A stretch of 64,000 bases of DNA from Dicyema japonicum (Eukaryota; Animalia; Dicyemida). Positions 25,921 to 40,324 of this stretch are shown piece after piece (the stretch's first letter is position 1; each line of letters opens with the position of its first letter). The stretch lies in NCBI GenBank assembly GCA_011109175.1, contig RDEW01000022.1, positions 163,611-227,610 of the forward strand. Reading direction: 5' to 3'. The notes under the pieces were generated by a model. It saw only the letters and a list, made by a program, of their open reading frames with translations. It did no database searches and was not told the origin of the DNA. A program made the position numbers and the translations under genes.

Positions 25921-27780
25921 CAATGCTTGGAGTTGTCATTGTTCATCGCAGTCAGTGTGCACCGTTTCTTAAGATTCTCGGATTTAGCTAACTAGATTTA
26001 GCTTTTGTCTATGTAACGACAAGATAGGGTAGCAAAGAGATGTCCCCCTTCCCAGTTTATTTGTCACGAATGCAAGAATTTTAGGCATTCCTGTTTCCCC
26101 CACTTGTTTGCTCCATGCAGGTCCCCATTTGGGAGTTAGTTAATATTGCTCTCGTATAAAATAATATTCAAAAATCATATTTCTAAGCTACCAGCATACC
26201 GATCATTTAAAACCCTTCTTTAACGAAATCTGGAGTACTTGATGTTCCCCCAATTTGCTGGAATGCCTTGGTCCTATGATTCCTTGATGGTACCCATGTG
26301 TTTATGAACTCATGACGTAATAAGGTGTCCTATGATTCAAAATTAAAATGATGTAAGTTACATATTACGATTGCCAGAAATGCTTCTTTTAATCCACCAA
26401 GACTTACCCACGTGGGCTTTTTGAATCAAACTGAAAAGACAGGTCTATTGTCAGTTAAGCCTCAAAATCTTGACCACGTGGGTACTAATAGAAATAGAAA
26501 ATAAGGAACAAATCAGTTCTAAATAACAAGATTTTAAAATTTTCTTTACAAACCAGAAATTAGCCACGTGGGTTTGTTTGAAATCAAACTGAATGAACAC
26601 GTGGTATAAGTATTACAGAGTTAGATATCTCTTGACCACGTTGGTACTATTAGAAATCATTTAACTTAGAATCCCATGAATCTTAATTCTTTGTGACCTC
26701 AGACTAACCATGTGGGCTTTAGTGAATTCAAAAAAGGGCAAGGATCTTTGTGAAACCCTTTTAGTGATTAAATGTTAGAATGCTCAACTTATTCTTATTT
26801 CGGAGAGTTAAGATATCTGTGAAGGAGTTAATAGAAGGGGTTGTTTGGTATGTTGGCTGCGATTAGAAATCCACGTTTTTATCAGAGCAGAAGAAACGTG
26901 ACTAGGTCCGATAACTCTGATAATGGTAGTTTGGATGGAGGATTACTTGTGAATAGGTTAGTGAAAGGTGATCATTGACAACCCCCCCACTTCGGTAGAT
27001 GATATGGCGAATAAACTGGGAATAGATAATGAAGTGGCGTCCAGAGTTGCTTACTAAAGTTTTGAGGTGATAAGTGAGAGTATATCTTCCATCCACGTGT
27101 CTCACAAAGAAGAGTCTTCGGGCAAATCTGAGGAGTTTGAAGTGTGGCTGTGACTATGACACATCTTACGTCCCCCTTCTGTTACGTAACCACCTTCACC
27201 GAACTTGAATTATTTATTCAGGTGTACCATAACTCCCCAATAGTTCCAATTAACCACCACTGTTGATGAAATCGATTCGATTCAAGGATATTCCAACGAG
27301 GATGATTCACGTTATATTTAAATCTTTAATACTCCTCGAATAATCAATCAGTTATGGATAGATCCCTTCATTTGTTATCCACCAAAAATTGTTTTGCTTA
27401 TGTATGCTCACTAATGACTACACATTTCCTCAATAACCCGTCGTCTTCCCGTATTAATCCTCTCCCGTAACAAGCGAGGAACCTGTTCAAGCAGTAACAC
27501 CTAGTCTTAATGAACTGACACTCGGGTGGTGAATCTTATAGTCCCAGGTTTTTCTATGTTCATTTATTAAATATTGGCGCATCTGTCTGAACTGTACTTG
27601 TAGAGGCTACCAGCTATCTCTATTATGTACTTTTTATTCTTTTAGAATGACTTTGTTTTGGTTGTTATTATAGCAACGGCCAATTAATCTAATTTGACAC
27701 GTTAGATGGATTAGTTGTGGATAATTTCCATTTTGACGATACAGGTCACAAACGAGAATGATATTAATAATCATAACTTC

Positions 27781-28766
27781 NNNNNNNNNNNNNNNNNNNN
27801 NNNNNNNNNNNNNNNNNNNNNNNNNNNNNNNNNNNNNNNNNNNNNNNNNNNNNNNNNNNNNNNNNNNNNNNNNNNNNNNNNNNNNNNNNNNNNNNNNNNN
27901 NNNNNNNNNNNNNNNNNNNNNNNNNNNNNNNNNNNNNNNNNNNNNNNNNNNNNNNNNNNNNNNNNNNNNNNNNNNNNNNNNNNNNNNNNNNNNNNNNNNN
28001 NNNNNNNNNNNNNNNNNNNNNNNNNNNNNNNNNNNNNNNNNNNNNNNNNNNNNNNNNNNNNNNNNNNNNNNNNNNNNNNNNNNNNNNNNNNNNNNNNNNN
28101 NNNNNNNNNNNNNNNNNNNNNNNNNNNNNNNNNNNNNNNNNNNNNNNNNNNNNNNNNNNNNNNNNNNNNNNNNNNNNNNNNNNNNNNNNNNNNNNNNNNN
28201 NNNNNNNNNNNNNNNNNNNNNNNNNNNNNNNNNNNNNNNNNNNNNNNNNNNNNNNNNNNNNNNNNNNNNNNNNNNNNNNNNNNNNNNNNNNNNNNNNNNN
28301 NNNNNNNNNNNNNNNNNNNNNNNNNNNNNNNNNNNNNNNNNNNNNNNNNNNNNNNNNNNNNNNNNNNNNNNNNNNNNNNNNNNNNNNNNNNNNNNNNNNN
28401 NNNNNNNNNNNNNNNNNNNNNNNNNNNNNNNNNNNNNNNNNNNNNNNNNNNNNNNNNNNNNNNNNNNNNNNNNNNNNNNNNNNNNNNNNNNNNNNNNNNN
28501 NNNNNNNNNNNNNNNNNNNNNNNNNNNNNNNNNNNNNNNNNNNNNNNNNNNNNNNNNNNNNNNNNNNNNNNNNNNNNNNNNNNNNNNNNNNNNNNNNNNN
28601 NNNNNNNNNNNNNNNNNNNNNNNNNNNNNNNNNNNNNNNNNNNNNNNNNNNNNNNNNNNNNNNNNNNNNNNNNNNNNNNNNNNNNNNNNNNNNNNNNNNN
28701 NNNNNNNNNNNNNNNNNNNNNNNNNNNNNNNNNNNNNNNNNNNNNNNNNNNNNNNNNNNNNNNNNN
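27781..28766. other. Assembly gap (N run)
   Basis: Run of N. Confidence 1.
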
Positions 28767-29815
28767 CACTCTCAAATCTTTGATAAGTGGCACAACGCCA
28801 CCTATGCCCCCAAACAACATTAGCGGTAGATCTGCCTGTTTTGAATCTACTGTTGCTCGATGACAGGTTTTCATTCACAGGCTTTGCACACGATCCAGCA
28901 CCACTAGAGCAAAAACCTATCTTAGTGTATTGAGTAGGATGACTGGCCGCATGTTTTCCACAAGGCCTGTCCTTTTATTCGGTTTTTTAATCGGCACCAG
29001 AATTCCTTTGACTAACGGAGGAAGGTGGCCACGATTTCCCGAGGGTTTTGGGGCCGTAATTTAGTAACTTAGCACTTATGCTATCCGGTCCTAACGAGCG
29101 ATTCACTTCAGTCTCTCTATCGCTTTCATTACTTCTCCCACCGTGAGTTCATTTAAAAGATTTCCTGCATTACTAGTGATTAGGTCTACCTTTTCTCCGT
29201 CAACGTCAAAGAGTGGTTCAAAATGAGCAGCAATAAGTTCGGCTTGTTCCGTAGCGTCAAAAATCATATTCCTTTTGTTATCCTAAATTTGTAGTTTGCC
29301 CTTTTGGTTCCTCCTCTTAAGCAGGCGCATTGCCAAGAACATCTGCTCACAATCATTTAAATTCTCTACTTCCTTTCGGCTTGTTCAGTAGCGTCAAAAA
29401 TCATATTCCTTTTGTTATCCTAAATTTGTAGTTTGCCCTTTTGGTTCCTCCTCTTAAGCAGGCGCATTGCCAAGAACATCTGCTCACAATCATTTAAATT
29501 CTCTACTTCCTTTAGCCTGGCATCCAAAACGTTTGCAACATGTTCACTGTTAAATTTACTGATTTTTCTCTGTACCCTAGTACGGTGCGACTGTAAAAAG
29601 CATTTCCTGTCTGTGTTCGTCATTTTTTCTAGCGATAGTCGAATATCTCTCTTTTGTGCAGTTCGGTAATATTGGGGTGGCCTTGCTCGGTACCTCTCAA
29701 TGTGTTCGTTTGCAGCCATGTGAATTCTTTCCATTGTATGCGTCCAAATGACTTCTGGTTGAAGGCCTGTCTCTATTGCTATTAAATAATATTCCATAGA
29801 TGCTCGATAGATATT
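28767..29815 (-). mobile_element. RTE-clade LINE RT-proximal fragment
   Basis: SLGPDSISAKLLN, GILVPIKKPNK, NMRPVILLNTLR and FKTGRST motifs. Confidence 0.8.
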
Positions 29816-31689
29816 TCGAGTGAAGTGTGAAAAAGTATAATAGAATCATGTTATAGTGCACTATTGCTACTTCATGAGTTCTGAAACAAGCGCTTGTTTT
29901 CAGTCTAAAAATACTATTTTATTATAGTGCTTAGAGTTATTGTAAGCTATTTTTTTCTTGTTTATTACTTTAACTATTAAATTGGAGGCCGAGTATCACA
30001 TACACCCACATCCGCATATAAGGAAATTCCAGTGATTGTTCTTATTTGATATACATTCGGTGTCATGAAAAATTTTTACTACGAAATTATGTGACGCTCG
30101 ACTTAACCCAAAATAAAGTTATGTTTTACAAACTTATATACTGGACGCAGAAAACGAGTTTGTGTAAGACAATCACTATATCTCCCAATAATGTTCTTGA
30201 GAGATCTTCTCTTTCAGGGACTCCTTAACATATGATAAAATAAAATAGTACTATTGACTTATGAAAATGAGTTTCTTCACGAACAAGTTATATTTCCTCA
30301 AGAAACAGATTTTCACAATTGAAGAAGTCACGACAAAGCTATATTTTACCATAGAAACAGATTTTTCAGTTCCCCGAAAGTCTACCTATTCTATTCTTTT
30401 TTCAGATATTAGACTAAAGAAAAGTTTGTGTTAAAATTAAACGAAATGATGTTCTTAAAAACTCACATGAGTATCTTGAGTGACATTTACCCTGGTTCTA
30501 TCGTTCTATACCACGGGAACAATGTTTTTACTAGTGGTCTGTGGTAACTTAACTGTGTGAAGGCGATGTTATCTTACCTGACCAGGTTATCGCAGGAATG
30601 CTCAATTATACTCTATATTTAGTTTCTGAAACATACTGTAGAGTTTACTTCTGCATCTTGTACCTCAGTGGAACAAAGGCTTAAGAAGTGTCGTAATTGT
30701 ATGTATAAGGGATCTTTTCCCAGATCCTGTAAAGTAATCCTCCGTGATGACATCTGCTGACGTGCTTGGGTGCATTTTTAGAATATAGCCAACAGACTTC
30801 AAGTGCATCAGTAAATATCGTATTTGAAGCATTTTCCATATAATTATATATTCGCATTGCCAGGCAAAGTGACTGATATGCTTTTTTCTACTATATCGTT
30901 TATATATTTTTTCTTGTCCAAACACGTAGTTCCATATTTTTTACATTATGTAAGAAGTATCTATTTTTTTCCGAAATATAAGATGCTGATAGCATTTGTC
31001 TTCAAAAAATTAATAATTCTCCTTAAACGAAAGGAACAGACCAAGAATCCAGTTGAGGACAGATAAATAAATCAGCCAGTTGGTTAGCAACCTCGGAATA
31101 ATTATAGAGTTATCGAAGGTTTTGATATACCCAGGTAGATAATATTCAAGCGACTTTTTTAAATCCCCCGCCTTGATTATCGAGATGAAGGTGAAAATCA
31201 GCACAAAATAGATGTCGAGTTACTGCTTTCATAACATTTCTAGCGAGTTACTTTAAAATTGAATACGTTAATGATATCGACAAACCACTGTCTCTTCTAT
31301 AGAATATTGTCTAAATGAGTCAGAAATCGCACACGTGCTGTAGTCAGCAATAAACTGAATCTTCCAGAACCATGCAAACACTAAGTAGGCCAACAAATAT
31401 GGTTTCGCTCTAAACTACTTCTTCAACTATATGTGGTAATCAGTTCTTTGAGAGACCGACAGCGGAATCAGTTGTGATGTTTAGGTTTAACAAGTTCCTT
31501 TTCAATTCATCAGTGTTGCCTGCTTTGAATTGACTATAAGGACTTTGATTGATAGGACATGGGTTGCGGAAAATGCTTTCAGGAGGATGATTGGCCACAT
31601 GTTGTGACAATATCAGGCACTATTATCAGATTCATTTGTAAAAGGCATGTATGACTATATTGTATAAATCGGTGCATTTTTAGTAGGTG

Positions 31690-33900
31690 TTGAGTGCGGT
31701 CACGTCCCGTGGTTTAGAAATCTACATCATCCGCATAAGATGTCTCTTCTATGTCTCCTATGTAGCATTTACGGAGGTCGCAAAGGCAGATTCAAGTATA
31801 TGGTAAATAGTGTATTCACCATAGCTCTGGAGAGATCTATTCCCAACACGGTCGTTGCGCTCTTGAATCTTTAATTAGTCGCGCAGCGCCATCTGTGGTT
31901 CCATACAATGTCTGTCGTAGACCTCCCTTTTCGGAAGCCACTTTGACTTCCTGGTAGGTATTGCCAGCACCTTGCGTATCGAATTTAAAAGTATTATCGG
32001 GCTGAGATTTTTTACTGGTCCTTTTGATTTGATTGGATTTTGTATGGGTATTAATAATCTATTTCCAAGTTCTAGATCGGTATTAGTTTCAAAGATGTCA
32101 TTTAGGTTTTTTGCAATTGTGTCGCTAAGTTTTTTGGCACAGATTTTAGGAGTTCAGGACTTATGCTGTTCGGCCCAGCATTTTTGTTGTCCTCAATTCA
32201 TTTATCGCTCATTCCACCTCTTCCACTGTGATTGGTATTTTTATCGCCTTTGCTTTTTCCTGGAAAAAAGGAAAGTCCTTATTTTCTTTATTCAACAGTG
32301 TTTCGAAGTGTCATGCAATCAATTCTTCTTTTTCTTCCAAGTTATCAACGAATTTTCATCTTTGTCTTTGATGTTTAGAAAGCCGCATACATCTTTCAAT
32401 TGTCTTTTAAGCATTCCACATCTTTTAATAGGGATGTTTTAGTTTCCCGTGAGTGTTTGCTGTTCATTTTTTTGATTTTCTATTTTAGTTCCCTTTGTTT
32501 GAAATTAAGCTTTTCACTCTCGTAGGACGTGTTTGCCTCTTTTAGCCGTAGTTCTCTGCAATTCTCTGCCATATCTGGCACGTTCGAGTGATGATCCAAT
32601 TTTAGGGCATGATGATTTCGGACTCCAAAACATACATTGGCCGACTTGGAGATTATCTGCTTTGTTTGATCCCACAGAGTTTGTACTGATGATTCCGGTG
32701 CTGTTTTCTTCATAAGAATCTCGATTTGTTCGTCATATTTAGTAATGCAAGTGGGCTCTAACCACAATTTTCCTGTCAGAAACTATATATTGGGCCTTTG
32801 TCTAGCCCTCTTCGCGTTTTCAATGTATTCTTTTTCAGTCAAGTGCTTTTTAACAGAAAGCTTTGCAATGACGATCCTTGGTTGGTGTCAGTTGTTGTTT
32901 TCTGGTAGAAACGTCTATCATTGATCAGGTGTTTATCAGAATTTCGGCAGATAATGTAGTCGATTTGATTATATATTTTCACGGTCTCTCCTACAGAGTT
33001 TTTTCTTTGTCCATCCCACGTCGTCTTGTGGCAAGCTAAGTGTGTGAAGGCCGTGTTGCACAGGAAAATGCTATTTTCCTCACAGAAGTTCATCAGAGAA
33101 ACTCCAGCTACATTTCTCATTCCGCGCCCGTGTCTTCCAATAGAGGATTCTTCGGGACTTATTTACATTCCGGCCTTTTATTCAAAGGGACGAGGAAGCA
33201 TTATTAGAGTATGTGCTTGATAGTTCTGAGTAGAATTCCTCGAGCTCATAGGGGCTCTTTGTTACTCGTCCACAGTGTGGTGCATAGAAATTTATGATAG
33301 TTAATAGACTCTTGGAAGGGCATAGTTCATTTAGTTTGACTTGTAGGACACATATTCGGTCGTTGACTCTCCATAGCGATTTAATTGTTTTAGGTAATCC
33401 ACGTGTAGGACAAATCGAATGCCGTAGTGCTTACATTCAGTTGGGAAGAGAATCAGTCGGTAGTTGTTCTATATCTCATAGCGTCCATTTTCGATTTTCG
33501 TCTTTTCTAGGTAACCAATAGATATTTTGTATTTCGAGAGATTGTCACAAAGTACTTTCCTTNTGTAGGACACATATTCGGTCGTTGACTCTCCATAGCG
33601 ATTTAATTGTTTTAGGTAATCCACGTGTAGGACAAATCCCATGCCGTAGTGCTTACATTCAGTTGGGAAGAGAATCAGTCGGTAGTTGTTTCATATCTCA
33701 TAGCGTCCATTTTCGATTTTCGTCTTTTCTAGGCAACCAATAGATATTTTGTATTTCGAGAGATCGTCACAAAGTACTTTCCTTGTCCAATCTTTCGATA
33801 TTCTACGTACGTTGAACGTCATTAGCCTGAGTTCTCGATTGAATAATGAGTGTTTTTCAGACATTTTTCTTAACCGTTGTACAGAGAAGAAACGAGGCAC
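31690..33900 (-). mobile_element. RTE-clade LINE (EN and RT), decayed
   Basis: MTFNVRRI, NFYAP, YNQIDYI, NLSPIILLNS, QSGFRKGRST and LGIDLSRA motifs. Confidence 0.85.
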
Positions 33901-34328
33901 TTCATCACCTCACCAAAAATCGTGGTATCATAAATTATAGAAAAATAGTTGAATTTTTTTTGTTTGTTTTCTGTATTTTCTATTTCTCTCTATTAATGTG
34001 ACGATCCATTTTCTAGGTTGCGCCCAGTGCCTGGCAGGTATATAACAGGATCATTAACTTTCCTCCAATCCACTGGACGGGTTTCCACAACTGCAAGTTA
34101 TACGATTCCTTCTATTCTGATTACGGATCGACTCTGTTTCTGTAGAAGTAGAAAATGTATCCACTTAATTAGTTGTTTCCCAAAATAGCAGGATTCGAGA
34201 GACTTTACTGTATTTATTTAAAAATCGTAATAAAATATCTATTATTATTGATATTTATAATAATTAAATAAAAAATAATGTCAAAAATTAAAATATAATA
34301 AACTTTGACCTAATAAAATTTAGATTAA

Positions 34329-35460
34329 ATGAACAGAACTATTCATTTTATCATATTTATTCTGTTAAGCAAAATCGTCAAAATAATATGCTATGAGAAA
34401 TATTTATTAATTGATTCATATATAATTTATGAGAATCCATCTATAGTATATATTTCATTAACTTTAGGAAAATAGTTTATGGATGTTAAAAAACGATCAA
34501 CATATAGATGACTGGAAAACTCGTGGAGAGTATAGGTTATCTCTTGATAATATAAATTTTAAACTAATTCCTCACTTTTACAATGAGTTTTATACTATTG
34601 ACTTAATAACAGAAATTGTTTATGGTACGTTTTTTGTTATAATTAAGGTGGTAAACATTACACAAATATCACAAAGATACCACAAACTAAATATGGGGAA
34701 TACTACAGATGCGGTTTTACTCATATTAGTTTTACGAATTATTTATCTGTTACAATTTATTCGAACAAGTTGCAATATCACAATGATGATTATTTTGATT
34801 ATTTTACTGGAAAAGGTTCTAATAAAGATTTATTTAGCTAATGACTGTAACCCAAATAATGACCCAAATACGCCGATTTGGTTTTTATTTAACAAAAATA
34901 GAATCCAAGGAGTAATAAGTGGAATTATCAAAATATCATATATTGACAATAACACAATTGTACACATGAACATTGATTCTTAGATAACAGATGAGCATTT
35001 CAGTGATATGATTATAATATTTTAACAAATTATTATAGTGATTATAAATATATATTGACTAGTGATCATACTACTATAACATTTACGGCTTATAAACAAA
35101 ATAAGAATAAATATCATATTCATAATTTTTCTGTTTGTGTTGGGTATAGAAAAAATAAATGTGTTTCACTTGAAAAACAATTTAAACAAATTAAAATGGG
35201 AGGATTTTATCATTGTGGATTCATCTCACAAAGCTATAATAATGTGACTATCGAAATTTCATCTCTCAAATTACAATTTTTCCGCAATGATCTGAGTTTT
35301 GAATTTATTGGAGATGGTTAATAAATCCGACTGAATTTTAGATGAAGGATGCTCTACTCAAATTAAAAACAAAACCACGATTAAACATCATAATATTGCA
35401 GATGGTGAGTAAACTTGTTTGAATTTTAGATAAAATAAGTTTTGAAGAACTAATATCGTC
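34329..35460 (+). pseudogene. Inverted copy of the LAMP-like gene, frameshifted and truncated
   Basis: Near-identical to 21531-22832, but with a 1-nt deletion near 35005 (GTGATATG vs GTGATTATG), a switch to the 19.6-kb paralog sequence near 35353, and loss of the TM exon where it joins a LINE. Confidence 0.75.
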
Positions 35461-37470
35461 TCAGTGTAATAATACACCAAAAAGAACCATTTGCTCTCCT
35501 TATGCCTGGATGGTATACCTCAACTAGAAACTAGATATGTTGTTTGTTCCTCTGAATTCCATTGCTTTCTGGAGATATTGAACAAAAGCCTGGACCAAAA
35601 CCCCATGTTATTATGCAACTCAATGCTAGCGGAATAAAAACAAAGATTCTAGAGTTACGATGTTTATTAACAAAGCACAAGACTGACATCTGCCTTATCC
35701 AGGAGTCAAAACTTTCTACAAAGAGTACAACCCCAATTTTTCCTGGATACATCTCTATCAGAAAAGACAGCATTTTACGTGGTTGCGGCTTACTCACCAT
35801 TATTAAAAACGTTTTATCCTCCCACTATGTGAGCTCGCAAGTGGATGATTTAATTCTAAACAAGTCCGCGGAACAAATTTCTATTGTGATCCCACTTCAT
35901 TTTGCTCCATCGACAAAGCAGTGGACCATCTAAACCATGTATTCATTCAAGCTGAAAAGTTGTTTGTACCTCGTCCAGTTTACAAATCCCACAAGCCTAC
36001 TCTGGACTCGGAGAATTGTCAAACAAAAAAAACTGCCTGAAGATGAATCATCTGCAAACCTCTTCTGATTTGGAATATAAAATGCTTAAATCAGATGAAC
36101 CAGAATCGTTTTCTGCTCCGTTTACTGTTCAAGCTAACAACCTAATGAAATAATACGCATCCACATAAGTCACAAGGACTTCTTGAAATCACATTCTTGT
36201 CACTTTCGGAATTTAATGCCTAAACCAACTTCATGGATCAATTTATATACGAATGTCGAGGTCACACAGGCTATAAGATCTTGAAAAGATCTTATACGTT
36301 ATCCTGACGGCATTCCGGGAATTTTGCTAAAACACCTTGGTAATGTTGCAATCAATTCGATTAAGTCAATTTTTAATTTGTCTTCGAGCATGAACGTCAT
36401 CCCATGCAAATGGAAAAACTCACTTATAATACCAATCCTTAAATCATGAAAACCGAAAACCTTACCTTCTTCCTCCTACCGTCCAATTTCATTAACGTGC
36501 GCATTATCGCGCTTAATGGAGAACTCGTACTCTGGAAAATTAAACCCCATTTGCCCGACTGCCACTTACAACATGGTTTCAAATGTGAGCGTTCAACTAC
36601 GACACATTTGACTTCACTGTCTCAATTTATATCAAATTAGGTTCAATGTATTGAAACGCCATCTACGGACAATAGTGGTTTTCTTGGATATCCAAAAGGC
36701 GTTCGATTCTGTCTCGAGAACATTACTCACAAGAAAGTTTTTCAGACGGATTTGAAAAGATGATAGCCAATTTTCTCTCCGGAAGAAGAGGACGTGTCTG
36801 TTTAGGCCACGCAAGATCGAGGTCCCGTCACTTACCAAATGGCGTCCCTAAAGGATCGCCCCTCTCTTCGTCGTTATTCAACTTATTCCTCAACGATTTA
36901 CCATGCCATCGAGTACCAGATTCAATGCTTATCATTATGCTGACGACCTAATCATCGCTAGCAGGAACGTATACGTTGTTATAGCAAAATCAGACCTTCA
37001 GTCACATGTTGACGACCTGGGAGCCTGTTTGAGGTTGAATCGTCTTTCCATATCCAGGGATAAATCAACGTATATAATCTTCACCAGAAACAGAAAAGAT
37101 AAACATACACTGAATTTGAACATTTATGGAGACTCCATACCACTACAAGTCGTCCAAATATCCTGGGAGTGACATTTAACCCTTTGATGACATTTGCTCA
37201 ACATGTGAAGAACGTTATGACAAAGGGTCTCAGGAAACTTAATATAATAAAACCGCTCTTGAAGTCCAGGCCATCACAGGAATGCGCCCTCGTCGTGTTC
37301 AATCAACTCCTAAAACCGACGATTGAGTATGCTTGTGCCTCATGGGCCTATAAAGCTTCGACATCAAATTTACTCAAATCAATTCCCTAATTGGCAAGCT
37401 AGCACGTCTAACGAATCAACACCCCGATCTTTTCTCCCAAATGCTTGACCACGCCGCAATAAAGAATAAT
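35461..37470 (+). mobile_element. Ingi/Vingi-like LINE, duplicate of 14523-17000
   Basis: LLSGDIEQKPGP at 35562-35597, EN, and a frameshifted RT highly similar to the 14.5-17 kb copy. Confidence 0.9.
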
Positions 37471-39249
37471 GAAGTAGAAAATAGATCTTTTTGGGTGCTG
37501 ACCTAACATCGGGAGTCTCATGAGATAGGTGGATCAACTGAGCCTATAGGTCACATTGAAGTGTTTCACTTTGGCTACGAATTTAAAAGCTGGTCTTTTA
37601 CGAATTATTGTCAAAAGCACTTCTCGAGAAATAATTACTAAATTAAGATTCCTCTCGTACCACTTAACTTCTTCCAGGATTTCCCCTCTTCTTATCCTTT
37701 TTTGATGGTTGTCTGAATTTACTGTTAATATTTGTTAGGTTGTCATTGAGAACAACCAGAGAGGTTATTTCTGGCGTTGATCGAAATTTGGGAAATTCTT
37801 CAATGAAATACACTTCCATCGCATAATTAACTGGAGTTGTAGAATCAAGGCATAAGATTCAGTAAATATATGTTTAGTAATAAGTGCCAAATAAAAATAA
37901 AACTTTATAATAAAATTAAAAATTAATTAAAATTTAAATATCCCATCATATGTTGAAATTGTGATTAATTATTGGAGAATTGGCATATCAAATGATTGGA
38001 AATAAAATATCGATTTTCTTTCCTCCATAAAAAAAATTTTTCACGTTAATTTACCTCAAATTGGACGTAAATGAAATTTTTGAAAAAATACATTTCTCCA
38101 TGAAGTTTGATAATCAAGCAAAAAAACTTCATCAAAATAGTTAGAGTATCTGAGATCCGATTGAAAGAAATTTTTATTTAAAAATACTAAAATTAGTAAA
38201 TTACAATTTCGGCATTTAAGAAGTCAGTGAATCCCCGAGTCCGTATTATCGTGAATCAAAAAAATATATTTCTAATCTTCCAAGTCCTCAAAACACTTTT
38301 TAGATGTAACTAAACAAAAAATAATAATGAAGTGGAACTATATTTAATTTGAAAATCCCGTATAACATTCCAGCATTGTTCTCTGGTCAATCATTTAAGG
38401 AAATGGGCAAATTAAAATATTTAGCAAGTTACTCGTTGAATATTAAACTGGAAATATCTTTTCTTCAATATTAGAATGACATGAATTAAGAAGAATGAGT
38501 TTCACTGTTTTCTGCATTTTACATTGATGCAATGATTTATACTGTTCACTAACATTTAATGAGTTAAAAGTTAAGTCAGAATCCACATTACTGTTTTCCT
38601 TGCAAATTCATTATAGAGATCAAGACATGGATGTAAACAGCCAACTACGAAAAAATGCAAATATACCAGTTATAACAAAAATAGTTAGTATGTATAGTGA
38701 TGAATGGAATGTACTTTCCCGGAAAGCCAACAAAGTAAATATAAAGAGTCCTGCTCACTGTTTTGTATCATGCAAAGTACAGTTAATACAGATAATATCA
38801 AATTTTACAAAGCATAGATGATCCCAGTTATTCGGCATGGCCATCAAGAGGATGAGATATTTGAAATAATATCGAACAGATCCAATAAAAAAATACAATT
38901 TTTTAATATGAAATTTTGTAAAACAGATCGTAATAAGAACCGGAAAAATCAAATAGTGGAGAAAAATCCATATTTATAGGTTACCAAAAAATATATGAGA
39001 AATTTTGACAACAGCCTTCAACACGATTTGATAAATCCAATAATATATATAATACCTAAAAAATGACAATACAGAAAAAAAAGGTAAATAGAAAACGAAA
39101 CAACCAACCACAACAACGTGGTAACCATGCGCCAAATAATATGCTAATGTATTAAAAGTTCGCCACATTAAAAACATTTTTTTTTAAATAAATATATATT
39201 TAATTAATTTAGATAAATCAAAATTTGACGAGACTTAATAAATCCAACT

Positions 39250-39500
39250 ATAATGATTATAAACAAAATCATTCCGAGGAAGGCTACAACAACCTTACCT
39301 ATCACGCTAAATGAGGACCTAAAAGCCATAGGCAGGGAGTTGAAAACAATGGATGACCTCGATGAACTAAGAGATCTTCCGAAACGGAGAGGCTTTTGGA
39401 TGCGATTGGTGCAAAGGGTGGCCGGCGCGGCACAAGGGAACCTTAATTGACTTTTGTTTTTTTATGTGTTCTCGGCAGTGCTGATAATAATAATAATAAT
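39250..39500 (+). mobile_element. RTE LINE 3' end with (ATA)n tail
   Basis: TTLPITLNEDL...DLDELRDL..RRGFWMRLV followed by a stop and ATAATAATA. Confidence 0.75.
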
Positions 39501-40125
39501 GATTATATCATTTTCGCCTCGTAGTGCTACGATGCTAATTTGTTTGAGGTTTTCTGTTCGTTTTGTCTGTTCTTCCTCTTCTCCTTCCTACTTGAGTGGC
39601 GTCATGGGATCAACCTGTCTAGGTGTCACCCAGTGCCAGGCTGGCATTAAAAAGGTTCATTTGCTCTCCCCACTTCACTGGAAAGATTTCCATTACTTCA
39701 AGAATTGACGTCTTTTACCTTTTTTTTTAGATGGACTTGTTTGACTTTGAGGTATCAGAAGACATTGAGCAAAGGACCCTGAATTCTCAGCATACGCAGT
39801 ATTCAGACATTGTGATGATAACTGGGGACCTTTCAAATTCAATTATCTTTTTTCATAAAGGATTTCATCCCTGTCTTCTAAGAGATAAAGTTCTTCTCAA
39901 CTCCAAGTCGGCTTGTTGTCCACTGCTGCAAACCGTGTCAAGACATGGTTTAACTCAATCTGGGGCTAAATAACATTTGAACTTGCAATCACTTAAATCA
40001 TATTTAACGATTAGTTATTTTTTCATTTCTGTGGGTATAGCTCTTTTTCAAACACTAAATTATATCCATGCCACCAAATCCACACTTCTTAGTTACTTCG
40101 TGTCCTGTATGACAAACGGCATGTA

Positions 40126-40324
40126 GGAGAGTTTAGGGCTTTTTCCCTCGAGTCTCATATAAGGGTGACCAGTCCACAGACCTAATGACTCCCTTACATC
40201 ACTGGATCCCCCAAGGAAATCATGTAGAGTTTAGGGCTTTTTCCCTCGAGTCTCATATAAGGGTGACCAGTCCACAGACCTAATGACTCCCTTACATCAC
40301 TGGATCCCCCAAGGAAATCATGTA
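40126..40324. repeat. Tandem duplication of ~100 bp
   Basis: AGAGTTTAGGGCTTTTCCC...GGAAATCATGTA occurs twice. Confidence 0.9.

Larger units (their letters stand above)
29835..37470 (-). repeat. Inverted, diverged copy of 14801-23914 with indels
   Basis: Reverse-complement blocks: 29835-30801 to 23914-22984; 34179-35352 to 22982-21808; 35353-35461 to 19672-19560; 35461-37470 to 16964-14801. Confidence 0.9.

Noticed and set aside
27634-28878. Long ORFs in the track
   Set aside because: They are artefacts of the N run.
38500-39180. Derlin/rhomboid-like membrane protein remnant on the minus strand
   Set aside because: Hydrophobic fragments with many stops; similarity too weak to call.
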